From Coriobacteriia bacterium (lineage in GTDB: Bacteria > Actinomycetota > Coriobacteriia > Anaerosomatales > PALSA-660), in contig DATCIG010000068.1 of NCBI GenBank assembly GCA_036507895.1, positions 11,046 through 75,045 on the forward strand: a stretch of 64,000 nt of DNA, in the 5' to 3' direction. Every line of letters begins with the position of its first letter. The first letter of the stretch is position 1. The notes below the pieces were generated by a model. That model searched no databases. It saw only the letters and a list, made by a program, of their open reading frames with translations, and was not told the origin of the DNA. Made by a program: the position numbers and the translations under genes. Below are positions 39,389 through 48,786 of this stretch, piece after piece.

Positions 39389-40356
39389 ACGGACTCCATC
39401 TCCACGGCAAGGCGGTACTCGGTCACCAAACGGTCCATCAGGTCGCGCACACTCGGGACGTCGTGGATCCGGCTCACGCCGCCTCCCGTGAAGACGAGTC
39501 CGTCGTCGAGGTCACCGGTCTGCGCCTTGATCAATTTGTCCATGATGCAGAACTGCTTCCCACACTTCTTGAGGCACGCGATGCAGCGTTCGATCGCAGG
39601 TTCCGTGCCTGCGTCCAATCGCTCCGTCAACGGGTTGCGCAGCGCGCGGCCCGGAAGGCCGACCGGGCTCTGAACGAGCACTATGTCCTCGTCGGTGGCG
39701 TCCACATACATCTGCTTGTATGCCTCGGGGGCCGAGGACTCCTTCGTGGCGGCGAACCGGGCACCCATCTGCACTCCCGCGGCGCCGGCGCGCATCAGTT
39801 CGCGGATATCCGCGCCGGTCACGATGTTGCCTGCGGCGATGACCGGGATCGAGACGGTCTCGAGGATCGAAGGCAGGAGTTCGCGGACGGGCAGCGCGGC
39901 ACCGAGGTGCCCGCCGGCGTCGTTCCCCTCGACGACCACCGCAGCCGCGCCGAACTTCTCGGACAGCGCAGCGACACGCGGGGAGCCGACGATCGGCACC
40001 ATCGGGACCCCCGCCTCGCGCGTCCAGTCGAACACGTCACGAGAGAATCCCGCGCCGGAGATGACCAGGTCTATGCCCTCGTCGAGCGCGGCGTGCACGA
40101 GCTCCGCGAAGTTGCGGACGGCCACCATGATGTTGACACCGATGACGCCCCGGGTGACTGCGCGGGCAGCTCTGATCTCGGTGCGCAGCTCTTCAGGGGT
40201 GAGTCCGGAGCCGGCGATGATCCCTATCCCGCCTGCTTCGGCGACAGCGGACGCCAGCGGCGCCAGCGATATGCGTACGGCCATACCTCCCTGGATGATC
40301 GGGAGTCGGGCGGTCACGGAGCCGATGGTCAGAGAGGGCATCTCCACGCTGGGCAT
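39385..40356 (-). CDS. FabK/nitronate-monooxygenase family flavoprotein, second paralogue with a Cys-rich C-terminal segment
   Basis: ORF 39385..40470, with the start somewhere in 40341..40356. Contains LPIIQGGMAVRIS, GVNIMV and IAAGNIVTGADI, then ERCIACLKKCGKQFCIMD. It is a paralogue of the gene at 42462..43409. Confidence 0.8.
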   Translation of the reverse strand: MPSVEMPSLTIGSVTARLPIIQGGMAVRISLAPLASAVAEAGGIGIIAGSGLTPEELRTEIRAARAVTRGVIGVNIMVAVRNFAELVHAALDEGIDLVISGAGFSRDVFDWTREAGVPMVPIVGSPRVAALSEKFGAAAVVVEGNDAGGHLGAALPVRELLPSILETVSIPVIAAGNIVTGADIRELMRAGAAGVQMGARFAATKESSAPEAYKQMYVDATDEDIVLVQSPVGLPGRALRNPLTERLDAGTEPAIERCIACLKKCGKQFCIMDKLIKAQTGDLDDGLVFTGGGVSRIHDVPSVRDLMDRLVTEYRLAVEMESV

Positions 40357-40385
40357 CCTTCGTCGATGTCGGGGTCGGTGCTGTT

Positions 40386-40440
40386 CACAGCACGCGCGCC
40401 CGCCGCGGCCCAGGTGGCGGCGACGGGCGCGGGCGCTGTG
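40386..40440 (-). terminator. long imperfect GC-rich hairpin downstream of acpP
   Basis: CACAGCGCCCGC...GCGGGCGCGCGUGCUGUG with inner GC pairing, 60 nt after the acpP stop. No U-tract, so it may act as a partial terminator or stabiliser, as is common after acpP. Confidence 0.35.
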
Positions 40441-40500
40441 ACGCGGTACATCCCACCGCCGGGCGCACAAGGCGCACCGACGGTACGGGCGGTACGTGCG

Positions 40501-40740
40501 CTATGCGTTCTCGGTGATGAAGTCGACCGCGTCGCCGACGGTCTTGATCTTCTCGGCCTGCTCATCCGGGATCGAGACCCCGAACTCTTCCTCGAGCGCC
40601 ATGACAAGCTCGACGATGTCGAGCGAATCCGCGCCGAGGTCGTCGACGAACGACGCATCCTCGATGACGTCGTCCTCCTCGACTCCGAGCTGGTCGACGA
40701 TGACAGCCTTTACCTTGTCGAACAATTCGTCATGGTCCAT
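40501..40740 (-). CDS. acpP: acyl carrier protein
   Basis: ORF 40501..40752. ATG 40740 lies behind GAAGGAGAG. Contains [19 protein letters not shown] (phosphopantetheine Ser). Confidence 0.95.
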   Translation of the reverse strand: MDHDELFDKVKAVIVDQLGVEEDDVIEDASFVDDLGADSLDIVELVMALEEEFGVSIPDEQAEKIKTVGDAVDFITENA

Positions 40741-40795
40741 GGTGCTTGGCACTCTCCTTCCGGAACCGAGCCCTTAGCCCGGTTGCCTACGCAGT

Positions 40796-41545
40796 CTATG
40801 CGAACGTCATGCCTCCGTCGACGGCCAACGTCTGGCCGGTTATATATGCGGCGTCGTCGCTCGCGAGGAAAGCGACCGCAGCCGCCACGTCACTGACGCT
40901 TCCGAACCTACCCATGGCGATCGACGATGCGACGCCGTCACGCTGCGCCGGGGTGAGCGCGGCGGTCATGTCCGTCTCGATGAAGCCCGGTGCAACCGCG
41001 TTGCAGCGCACCCGCCTGCTCGCCAACTCGCGCGCCACGCTCTTGGTGAGGCCGATGACGCCGGCCTTTGCTGCGGCGTAGTTGGCCTGCCCGGCGTTGC
41101 CCGAGATGCCGACGACGGAGGCCATGTTGACGATGGATCCCGAGCGGGCCTTCATCATGTACTTGGCGGCCGCGCGGGTGACCGAGAAGACGCCCGTCAG
41201 GTTGGTCCCGATGACCGCGTTCCAGTCCTCGTCCGACATGCGGACGAGAAGGCCGTCGCGCGTGATGCCGGCGTTGTTGACGAGGATGTCGATGCTGCCC
41301 GCCTCTGCTACGACCGCCTCGACCAGCGCAGTGCAGGCTGCGGGGTCGGTGACGTCCGCCTGCAGCGCCGTGGCGGTCCCGCCAGCGGCGATGATCGCCT
41401 CGACGACGCTTTCCGCCGCCGCCCGGGATCCGGAGTAGTTGACGAAGACGCGTGCGCCCTCGGCGGCCAGCCGCAGGGCGACCGCTGCCCCGATACCGCG
41501 GGACCCGCCGGTCACCAGCGCGTTCTTGCCCTCGAGACGCATCAT
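40796..41545 (-). CDS. fabG: 3-oxoacyl-ACP reductase
   Basis: ORF 40796..41656 trimmed to ATG 41545 (overlaps the fabD stop). Contains ALVTGGSRGIGAA and YAAAKAGVIGLTKS. Confidence 0.95.
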   Translation of the reverse strand: MMRLEGKNALVTGGSRGIGAAVALRLAAEGARVFVNYSGSRAAAESVVEAIIAAGGTATALQADVTDPAACTALVEAVVAEAGSIDILVNNAGITRDGLLVRMSDEDWNAVIGTNLTGVFSVTRAAAKYMMKARSGSIVNMASVVGISGNAGQANYAAAKAGVIGLTKSVARELASRRVRCNAVAPGFIETDMTAALTPAQRDGVASSIAMGRFGSVSDVAAAVAFLASDDAAYITGQTLAVDGGMTFA

Positions 41546-42465
41546 CACGAACCCACCTCCGCTGACAGCTCTCCGATATCGGTCTGTTCGATCGCAAGGC
41601 CACGAAGCCCATCGAAGCGGCGCGCGAGGCCGGTCAGGACCGCGCCGGGGCCACATTCGAGAAGGACGGACACACCGGCGTCCCTGAGGGCCGCCATCGT
41701 CTCGGTCCAGCGTACGGGCGACACGATCTGAGCCTCGAGTCGACGCCTGATCTCAGCACCGTCGGTGCATGGCGTCGGCTCGGTGTTCTGGAGAACGGGG
41801 ATCACTGCGTCGTCGAAGTGCGTGCGCTCGAGCACCGCAGCGAAACTCGTTGCGGCCGGTGCCATCAATGGCGAATGGAATGCGCCCGCCACCGCAAGCG
41901 GGAGCACGCGCCGCGCCCCCGCATCGGTCAGCGCACCGGATGCGCGTTCCAGCCCTTCAGGGGCGCCCGAGATCACTATCTGGCCCGGGCAGTTGTCGTT
42001 GGCGATCCAGACGCCGTCGATGTGGCCGAGCGCCTCACGGATCGCGTCCGCGTCCAGCCCCAGAACGGCCGCCATGCCTCCGGGAGTGCGAGCGGCGGTC
42101 TCAGCCATCAAGACCGAACGTTGGACGACGAGTTCCAGGCCCGCCTCGACCGAGAAGACCCCGGCGCACGCCAGCGCCGCGTACTCGCCGAGGCTGTGAC
42201 CGGCCAGAGCGGCAGGGACGAGTCCATGCGCGAGCGCGCGACGGCCCGCGGCCCAATCGGACAGGTAGAGGAGTGGCTGTGCGACTCGCGTGTCGGCGAG
42301 CTGCTCGGGGCTGCCGGAGGCCGCCAAGATACGCAGCGGCAAGCCCGAAAGCGCCTCCGCGGCATCGATCAGGCGATCGAGATCATCTGAGACCACGTCG
42401 GCCGCGAGCATGCCCTGGCTCTGCGAGCCCTGTCCCGGAAAGACGAGCGCGACCTTGATGCTCAC
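41545..42465 (-). CDS. fabD: ACP S-malonyltransferase
   Basis: ORF 41545..42570 trimmed to GTG 42465 (GTGA overlap with the fabK stop). Contains FPGQGSQSQGM and GHSLGEYAAL. Confidence 0.95.
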   Translation of the reverse strand: MSIKVALVFPGQGSQSQGMLAADVVSDDLDRLIDAAEALSGLPLRILAASGSPEQLADTRVAQPLLYLSDWAAGRRALAHGLVPAALAGHSLGEYAALACAGVFSVEAGLELVVQRSVLMAETAARTPGGMAAVLGLDADAIREALGHIDGVWIANDNCPGQIVISGAPEGLERASGALTDAGARRVLPLAVAGAFHSPLMAPAATSFAAVLERTHFDDAVIPVLQNTEPTPCTDGAEIRRRLEAQIVSPVRWTETMAALRDAGVSVLLECGPGAVLTGLARRFDGLRGLAIEQTDIGELSAEVGS

Positions 42466-43409
42466 TCGCCCACCCTTGTCGACAGGTCGCGCAGCACCGA
42501 CTCGGCTTGCGCCATGAGCTGCGCGATGATCTCCGCGGCGGGCAGGATCTCGTCGACCATGGCGGCACACTGCCCCGCCATCAGCGAGCCCATCTCGATG
42601 TCGCCGTGACGCATGGCTGCGGCGAGCTTGCCTGCGCCCAACGCCTCGAGCTTCTCGGCGTCGCCCAGACGATCGAGCTCCTGGAACTGACGCGAGAGCT
42701 TGTTCTTGAGCACGCGAACGGGGTGTCCCGTGGAGTATCCGGTGACGACCGTGTCACGGTCGCGCGCCTTGAGCACGCGCTGCTTCACGTCGGGATGGAT
42801 CGTGCACTCTTCGGCGCACATGAAGCGCGTACCAACTTGGACGCCCTCCGCCCCCAGGGCGAAGGCCGCAGCGATCCCGCGCCCATCCGCGATGCCACCC
42901 GCGGCGATCACGGGGATCGAGACGGCGTCGACCAGCTGCGGAGTGAGGACCATCGTCGTCAGATCGCCGATGTGCCCGCCTGCCTCCATCCCCTCCCCGA
43001 TTATCGCGTCGGCGCCGCCCTGCTCCAAGCGGCGCGCAAGCGCGATGGAGGGAGCGATCGGGAGGACCTTGATACCCTTTTCCTGAAGCGCGGCCATGTA
43101 CTTGCCGGGGTTGCCGGCGCCGGTAGTGACGACGTGCACCCCCTCGTCGAGCACCATCTGGACGAGCTCGTCGATATGGGGGGTCAGCAGCATGAGGTTG
43201 ACGCCGAAGGGCTTGTCGGTCGCGGCTTTCGCAAACCGGATCTGATCGCGGAGAAGATCGGTCGGCATGTGTCCGGCCCCGATGACGCCCAACCCTCCGG
43301 CGTTACTCACCGCGGCAGCCAGCTCCCACGTCGCGGTCCAGGCCATCCCGCCCTGGATGATCGGATGCTCGATGCCGAGCAGTTCGGTGATTCGAGTGCG
43401 AAGCGCCAT
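42462..43409 (-). CDS. fabK: enoyl-ACP reductase FabK (FMN-dependent, NMO family)
   Basis: 315 aa with HPIIQGGMAW, GVNLML and IAAGGIADGRG. Sits in the fabH-fabK-fabD-fabG-acpP position seen in FabK-using Firmicutes. Confidence 0.85.
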   Translation of the reverse strand: MALRTRITELLGIEHPIIQGGMAWTATWELAAAVSNAGGLGVIGAGHMPTDLLRDQIRFAKAATDKPFGVNLMLLTPHIDELVQMVLDEGVHVVTTGAGNPGKYMAALQEKGIKVLPIAPSIALARRLEQGGADAIIGEGMEAGGHIGDLTTMVLTPQLVDAVSIPVIAAGGIADGRGIAAAFALGAEGVQVGTRFMCAEECTIHPDVKQRVLKARDRDTVVTGYSTGHPVRVLKNKLSRQFQELDRLGDAEKLEALGAGKLAAAMRHGDIEMGSLMAGQCAAMVDEILPAAEIIAQLMAQAESVLRDLSTRVGE

Positions 43410-43414
43410 CTTCT

Positions 43415-44401
43415 TCAGTCCTTCCGGGTCCAGCGGACGATCGCGGCACCATAGGTGAGACCGGCGCCGAAACCCACGAGCGCCAGAATGTGACCGGGCC
43501 TGAGGTGCCCGCCGCTGAAGAGCGAATCAAGTGCTATCGGTATCGAGGCGGCCGACGTGTTGCCCGTGTTCTCGATGCTGCATACGACCTTCTCGGCGGG
43601 TATCCCGAGACGCTGCGCGACCGTATCGGTGATGCGCTGGTTTGCCTGGTGCGGCACGAGCCAGTCCACATCCGCCAGCGTGAGCTGCGACTCCTCCAAG
43701 GCCTCGAGAGTGACCTGCGGGATCGCGCGGACGGCGAACTTGAAGACCTCGTTGCCGTTCATCTTGATGTGATGTCCCCCGGCCACGAGCTGCTCGGGGT
43801 TCGCCGGGGAAGCGCTACCACCGGCCGGCACGTAGAGCAGGTCGGCCCCGTTCCCGTCGGCACCCAGATGCACGCCGAGCACGCCGGGAGTCTCGGACGC
43901 GGTCAGGAGCACGGCGCCTGCGCCGTCACCGAACAAGATGCACGTGGCGCGATCGGTGTAGTCGACGACGCTCGATAGCACGTCCGCGCCGATCACCAGC
44001 ACGGTGCGTGCCCGCCCGGACTCGATGAAGGAAGTAGCCACCTCCAACGCATAGATGAAACCGGTGCAGACCGCATTGAGGTCGAAGGCAGGGCACGTCA
44101 GCCCCATCTTCGCCTGCGTGATGCAGGCGGCGGAAGGAATCACCATGTCCGGCGTCGAGGTCGCCAGGATCAACAGGTCGACATCGGCGGCGGCCACACC
44201 TGCACGCTGCAAAGCGAGCGTCCCGGCGCGGGCGGCCAGGTCGGACGTCGCGTCCCCAGAATCGGCGATGCGACGTTCCCTGATCCCGGTGCGGGAGACG
44301 ATCCACTCGTCGGTGGTATCGACCAGCTTCTCGAGATCGGCGTTCGTGAGACGGCGCTCCGGGAGCCAGGAGGCGACCGATGTGATTGCGGCGAAAGGCA
44401 T
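43415..44401 (-). CDS. fabH: 3-oxoacyl-ACP synthase III
   Basis: ORF 43415..44467 trimmed to ATG 44401 (MPFAAITSV). Has the active Cys in LNAVCTGFIYAL, plus VPHQANQRI and GNTSAASIP. Confidence 0.95.
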   Translation of the reverse strand: MPFAAITSVASWLPERRLTNADLEKLVDTTDEWIVSRTGIRERRIADSGDATSDLAARAGTLALQRAGVAAADVDLLILATSTPDMVIPSAACITQAKMGLTCPAFDLNAVCTGFIYALEVATSFIESGRARTVLVIGADVLSSVVDYTDRATCILFGDGAGAVLLTASETPGVLGVHLGADGNGADLLYVPAGGSASPANPEQLVAGGHHIKMNGNEVFKFAVRAIPQVTLEALEESQLTLADVDWLVPHQANQRITDTVAQRLGIPAEKVVCSIENTGNTSAASIPIALDSLFSGGHLRPGHILALVGFGAGLTYGAAIVRWTRKD

Positions 44402-44473
44402 TCGTTCACTTCTTCTTGTGGGAAGGTTAACGGGTTCGAGGAATGGTACACGACGCGCGAGCGTCACGCATCC

Positions 44474-45466
44474 CTAGCTCCGCATCGCTGCGGCGATGCT
44501 CTCCACGAGCCCCGCCCGGACCGCGACAGCGCCGACCCGCAGCGCCGAAGCGACAGCACGCGGGCCGGAGGAGCCATGTCCTATCAGCGCCAGGCCGTTG
44601 ATCCCGAGCAGCGGTGCCGCGCCATGAGAGTCCGGATCCAGCTTGTCCCTCAATGCGTTGAGTGACGGCTTGAGCACCGCGGCGGCCACCTTGTTGACCG
44701 GCGAAGACATGAGGGCCGCCTTGAACTGAGCGAGGAGCTGCTTGCTCATGCCCTCCATGAGCTTGAGGGCGACGTTGCCGGTGAACCCGTCGGTGACCAC
44801 GACGTCCACTGTGCCGGCCGGTATGTCACGCCCTTCGACGTTGCCCATGAAGCCGTCGGTGCCGTCGAGCAGCCGATAGGTTTCCTGCGCCAGCTGTGAG
44901 CCCTTGGCGGGTTCCTCTCCGATGTTGAGCAATCCGACGCGCGGAGCGGTGATACCGAGTGCGGCCTTGGCATAGGCGCTTCCCATCACCGCGAACTGGG
45001 CGAGGTACTCGGGCTTGCAGTCGGCGTTCGCGCCCACGTCGAGCATCACGCACGGCGCGCCGGCCGTCGGCAGGACGGTGGCGATGGCCGGCCGTTGCAC
45101 ACCCGGGATCCGGCCGATGACGAGCGTGGCCGCGGACATCGCCGCGCCGGTGTTGCCGGCCGAGAAGAAGCCGTCTGCACGGCCTTCCTTGACCAGACGG
45201 CAGCCCACGACGATGGATGAGTCCGGCTTGCCGCGCACGATGGAGGCCGCATGCTCCCCCATCTCGACGACCTGGGTCGTGACCACGGCCTCCACACGGT
45301 CGTGCGTGCGCGCGAAGGGTTCGACGACCTCGGCCGCGCCGACGAGCATGACGCGCAGCAGCGGATCGGCGAGGATCGCGGCCTCGACGCCGTCGCAGAC
45401 CGCAGCGGGAGCGAAGTCTCCCCCCATGGCGTCGACTGCGAGAGTGATCACGTGGTTCGACGACAT
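44474..45466 (-). CDS. plsX: phosphate acyltransferase PlsX
   Basis: ORF 44474..45586 trimmed to ATG 45466 behind GGGAGG. Contains LAVDAMGGDFAP and DGFTGNVALK. Confidence 0.95.
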   Translation of the reverse strand: MSSNHVITLAVDAMGGDFAPAAVCDGVEAAILADPLLRVMLVGAAEVVEPFARTHDRVEAVVTTQVVEMGEHAASIVRGKPDSSIVVGCRLVKEGRADGFFSAGNTGAAMSAATLVIGRIPGVQRPAIATVLPTAGAPCVMLDVGANADCKPEYLAQFAVMGSAYAKAALGITAPRVGLLNIGEEPAKGSQLAQETYRLLDGTDGFMGNVEGRDIPAGTVDVVVTDGFTGNVALKLMEGMSKQLLAQFKAALMSSPVNKVAAAVLKPSLNALRDKLDPDSHGAAPLLGINGLALIGHGSSGPRAVASALRVGAVAVRAGLVESIAAAMRS

Positions 45467-45485
45467 CGAGGCATCGACCTCCCGG

Positions 45486-46562
45486 TCATTCGTGGGTCCC
45501 AACGATTCCGACCGCGCCCAACAGCGCGTCGACAGACACGTCTTCGGCGAACATTCGGCGCATTCTATCAGCCTTGCCGGGGCCATGAAGTCGAACGTGG
45601 CCGAAGAGCAGGTCGAGATGCTCGACCGCGGACAGAGTGTCAGTATCGACGAGGATCATCGGAACGCCCAGGTCACATGCACGCCCCAGAACGGCAGGGC
45701 TCGGCGGCATGTTCCCGGTCAGGATGAGCGCGGCGGTCGACGTCGCGAGTGCGGCCATCTGCACGTCGGCCCGGTCTCCTCCGGTCACCACGGCCTTGTG
45801 CGCCTTGCGGCGGAAGAATCGCAGAGCCTTCTCCTGCCCCATCGCTCCGACCATGAACGACTCGACGAGGGTGTCCAGCCGGTCCTCGGCGCAGAGGACC
45901 GTACCGCCCAGTTCGTCGATAATCTCGGCGACCGTCACGGACGAGAGCAGCGGGTCGTGCGGAAGCACGCCGAAGGAGACGACACCGTGAAGAGCCAAGA
46001 ACGGCACGACGCGGGATTCGATCACCTGACGGTCGGCCTCGGATACGCGATTGTGGATGACGCCCGCCAGCGCATCCCCGAAGATCGTGGCCGCGCGCAG
46101 TATCCGGTCGGGTGGTTCCGCGGAGTTCCCCGCTTCCACCAGCAGCACACGACCGCCAAGAGCCGCGAGTATCTCAGCGGCCGAGACTCCCGCCGCAGCT
46201 CCCTGTTCGAGGTCCGAGGGCGCTTCGACCACCATGACATCGCGGTCGTGACCAGCCACCTCGAACGCGGCCCGGACCTCCGGCATCCCGGGGACCGGAG
46301 CACCGGAGAGCAGGTCTTCCACGAGTGATCTCGAGCGGATGACGGGGCACACGGCCGCAGTCGGCGAAGGACGCCGCAACCACTGGTTGATGAACGCGGC
46401 GTCGCGATCGGTCACGACCCCGTCGACTTCCACCGGCATCCCGCCATAGGGCTTGAAGTACCCGACGTCCAGTCCGCTTTGCTGGAGATGATCGATGAGG
46501 GCGACGCATACACCGGTCTTGCCGCTGTAGCGCCGGGTCGAGGCGACGATGATGATCTTCAT
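45486..46562 (-). CDS. phosphotransacetylase-family N-terminal-domains-only protein (BioD-like P-loop plus DRTGG-type domain; no PTA_PTB catalytic domain)
   Basis: 358 aa. MKIIIVASTRRYSGKTGVCVALIDHL...YFKP resembles the N-terminus of long Pta enzymes. The C-terminal half (KAVVTGGDRADVQMAAL...LILTG) is DRTGG-like. The protein ends without an acetyltransferase domain. Confidence 0.8.
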   Translation of the reverse strand: MKIIIVASTRRYSGKTGVCVALIDHLQQSGLDVGYFKPYGGMPVEVDGVVTDRDAAFINQWLRRPSPTAAVCPVIRSRSLVEDLLSGAPVPGMPEVRAAFEVAGHDRDVMVVEAPSDLEQGAAAGVSAAEILAALGGRVLLVEAGNSAEPPDRILRAATIFGDALAGVIHNRVSEADRQVIESRVVPFLALHGVVSFGVLPHDPLLSSVTVAEIIDELGGTVLCAEDRLDTLVESFMVGAMGQEKALRFFRRKAHKAVVTGGDRADVQMAALATSTAALILTGNMPPSPAVLGRACDLGVPMILVDTDTLSAVEHLDLLFGHVRLHGPGKADRMRRMFAEDVSVDALLGAVGIVGTHE

Positions 46563-46565
46563 GGC

Positions 46566-48662
46566 CTAGGATCCTCCGATGCCTATTCGGATGTCGGCCG
46601 CCACGGCACCAAGGCCGCGGTCCGCCACCACAAGGGGATTGATGTCGAGCTCGACGATCTCCGGGAAATCGGTGACGAGCGCCGAGACGCGGACAAGAAC
46701 GTCTGCGACCGCGTCCACGTCGGCGGGCTTGGCACCACGAGCGCCATGGAGTACCGCCGTCGATCTGATCGATTCGATCATGCGCCTGGCCTCAGCGTGA
46801 TCGAGCGGAGCCAGTCGGAAGGTCACGTCGTGGAGCACTTCGACGTGGATCCCACCGAGACCGAACATCAGGAGCGGTCCGAACGTCGGATCGCGTTGAA
46901 CCCCGACGATGACCTCGCGCCCCGGTGGCACCATCTGCTGGATGAGCGCGCCCCAGATCGCGGCATCGGGCATGCGACGGTGCGCGGCATCGAGCACCGA
47001 GTCCCAGGCGCGCAGCAGTTCGCGCTCGTCCGGGATGCCGAGCACGATCCCGCCGATGTCGGATTTGTGGAGGATGTCGGGGCTGGCGATCTTGAGCGCG
47101 ACCGGGTACCCCATCGACCGTGCGGCGGCCGCGGCGGCGGCACGGTCGCGCGCGACGATCGCACGCGGAGTCGGGATACCGTAGGCGCGTGCGATCTCGG
47201 CGGCGTGCTCCTCCAGCACGAACGCCTGACGGGCGGCTCGTGCCTGCGCGAGGATCGCTGCGACCGACTCGCGGTCCGCAACGAGCGGCTCCACGTGGAT
47301 CGGCGCCTCCGCAGCCATGATGCGGTACCGCTCCATCGCCGAGAGCGCATCGATCGCCCGCTCGGGGTAGTTGTAGACAGGCACTCCCCCGGCGATCAGC
47401 GCGCGACGGCCTTCCGCCACGGCGTCCTCGCCCATGAAACACGCGAGAGTAGTGACGTTCTCGGTGGCGGAGCAGGCGACGACGGCCTCAGCGGTCTCCC
47501 GTGGCAGCGTCGGGGCCTGCGGGGTGAGGATAACGAGCACGGAATGGACGTTCGGATCGCGCGCCACGATCCGAAGGGCCTGCGCGAAGCGCTCCGGACC
47601 GGCGTCTCCGAGCAGGTCCACGGGGTTGTAGACCGCGGATGCGGGCGGAAGCGCCTCACGAAGCGCCGTGGTCGTCTCAAGCGACAGGGCCGCCAACACC
47701 ACGCCCGCTCTTGCGCAGGCATCCGTCGCCATGACCGCCGGTCCACCCGCGTTCGTGATGATCGCGAGGCCGGGTGCGAGAGGTGCGCTCTGATGGGCGA
47801 ACGCCTCAGCGATGCCGAACAGTTCCTCGGTATCACGCGCCCGCAGAACGCCTGCAGCGGCGAAGGCGGCGTCATACGCCGCGTCCGAACCGGCGAGGCT
47901 TCCGGTGTGCGAGGAAACCGCACGCGCGCCGGCTTCCGAGGACCCCGCCTTCAGCAGCACGACGGGGGTCGTGCAAGCGGCGTTGCGGGCAGATTCGACG
48001 AAGCGCGCGCCGTCGATGACCGATTCGAGATAGCCGGCGATCACTCGTGTCTGCGGATCGGCGGCGAAGGCGTCGATGAAGTCGGATTCGGAGAGATCGG
48101 CCCGGTTGCCAAGAGACACGAAACCAGACAGCCCGCCGCGGCTTCGCGCCCAGTCGAGCACCGCGGTCCCCAGGGCACCTGATTGCGTGATGACCGCGAC
48201 AGTGCCCGATTGCGGCATGGCGCCCGCGAAGGAAGCGTTGAGGCGGCGGCCGGGGATGATGAGACCGAGGCAGTTGGGCCCGAGCAGCCGCATCCCGTTC
48301 GCGCGGGCCGAATCGACCACGAGGCGTTCAAGCGCGACTCCCGCGGGTCCCGCCTCCTTGAAGCCTGCGGAGAGAACGATCGCAGCACCGACGCCCGCCT
48401 GCCCGCACTCCTCGACCACTACGGGGACGGCGGCGGCCGGGACCGCGATCACGACCAGGTCCGGGCACGACGGCAATGATGCGACATCGGCGAAGGAGCG
48501 GAGTCCGGCGACCTCATCGGTCCGAGGGTTGACCGGCCAGACGGGTCCGGGGAACCCGGAGGTGATCAGCGAATCCAGGACGGAACGGCCGACGCCGCCG
48601 GGCTGGCGGCCGGCACCGATGACCGCGATCGATCCCGGGGAGAGCAGAGCATCGAGCCCCAC
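46566..48662 (-). CDS. acetate--CoA ligase (ADP-forming), fused alpha-beta type
   Basis: 698 aa. N-terminal CoA-binding region SIAVIGAGRQPGGVGRSV...VNP, ligase-CoA domains, and a C-terminal ATP-grasp (YGIPTPRA...GYPVALKIASPDILHKSDIGGI). No GNAT domain, so it is not Pat. GTG start. Confidence 0.85.
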   Translation of the reverse strand: MGLDALLSPGSIAVIGAGRQPGGVGRSVLDSLITSGFPGPVWPVNPRTDEVAGLRSFADVASLPSCPDLVVIAVPAAAVPVVVEECGQAGVGAAIVLSAGFKEAGPAGVALERLVVDSARANGMRLLGPNCLGLIIPGRRLNASFAGAMPQSGTVAVITQSGALGTAVLDWARSRGGLSGFVSLGNRADLSESDFIDAFAADPQTRVIAGYLESVIDGARFVESARNAACTTPVVLLKAGSSEAGARAVSSHTGSLAGSDAAYDAAFAAAGVLRARDTEELFGIAEAFAHQSAPLAPGLAIITNAGGPAVMATDACARAGVVLAALSLETTTALREALPPASAVYNPVDLLGDAGPERFAQALRIVARDPNVHSVLVILTPQAPTLPRETAEAVVACSATENVTTLACFMGEDAVAEGRRALIAGGVPVYNYPERAIDALSAMERYRIMAAEAPIHVEPLVADRESVAAILAQARAARQAFVLEEHAAEIARAYGIPTPRAIVARDRAAAAAAARSMGYPVALKIASPDILHKSDIGGIVLGIPDERELLRAWDSVLDAAHRRMPDAAIWGALIQQMVPPGREVIVGVQRDPTFGPLLMFGLGGIHVEVLHDVTFRLAPLDHAEARRMIESIRSTAVLHGARGAKPADVDAVADVLVRVSALVTDFPEIVELDINPLVVADRGLGAVAADIRIGIGGS

Positions 48663-48719
48663 GTCAACGCCGCCCCTCGACAGTCACAGGCCGATCCCGT
48701 GCACGAGACACACTATCCA

Positions 48720-48755
48720 GAAGACGAAAACGACACCCACCGCGTGCGCGGGGGT
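48720..48755 (-). terminator. intrinsic terminator after rpmF
   Basis: The minus-strand RNA forms CACCCCCGC-GCAC-GCGGUGGGUG (9 bp with one bulged U), followed by UCGUUUUCGUCUUCU. Confidence 0.6.
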
Positions 48756-48786
48756 GCCGTCATCATACCGTGTCGACGCCGAGGAC

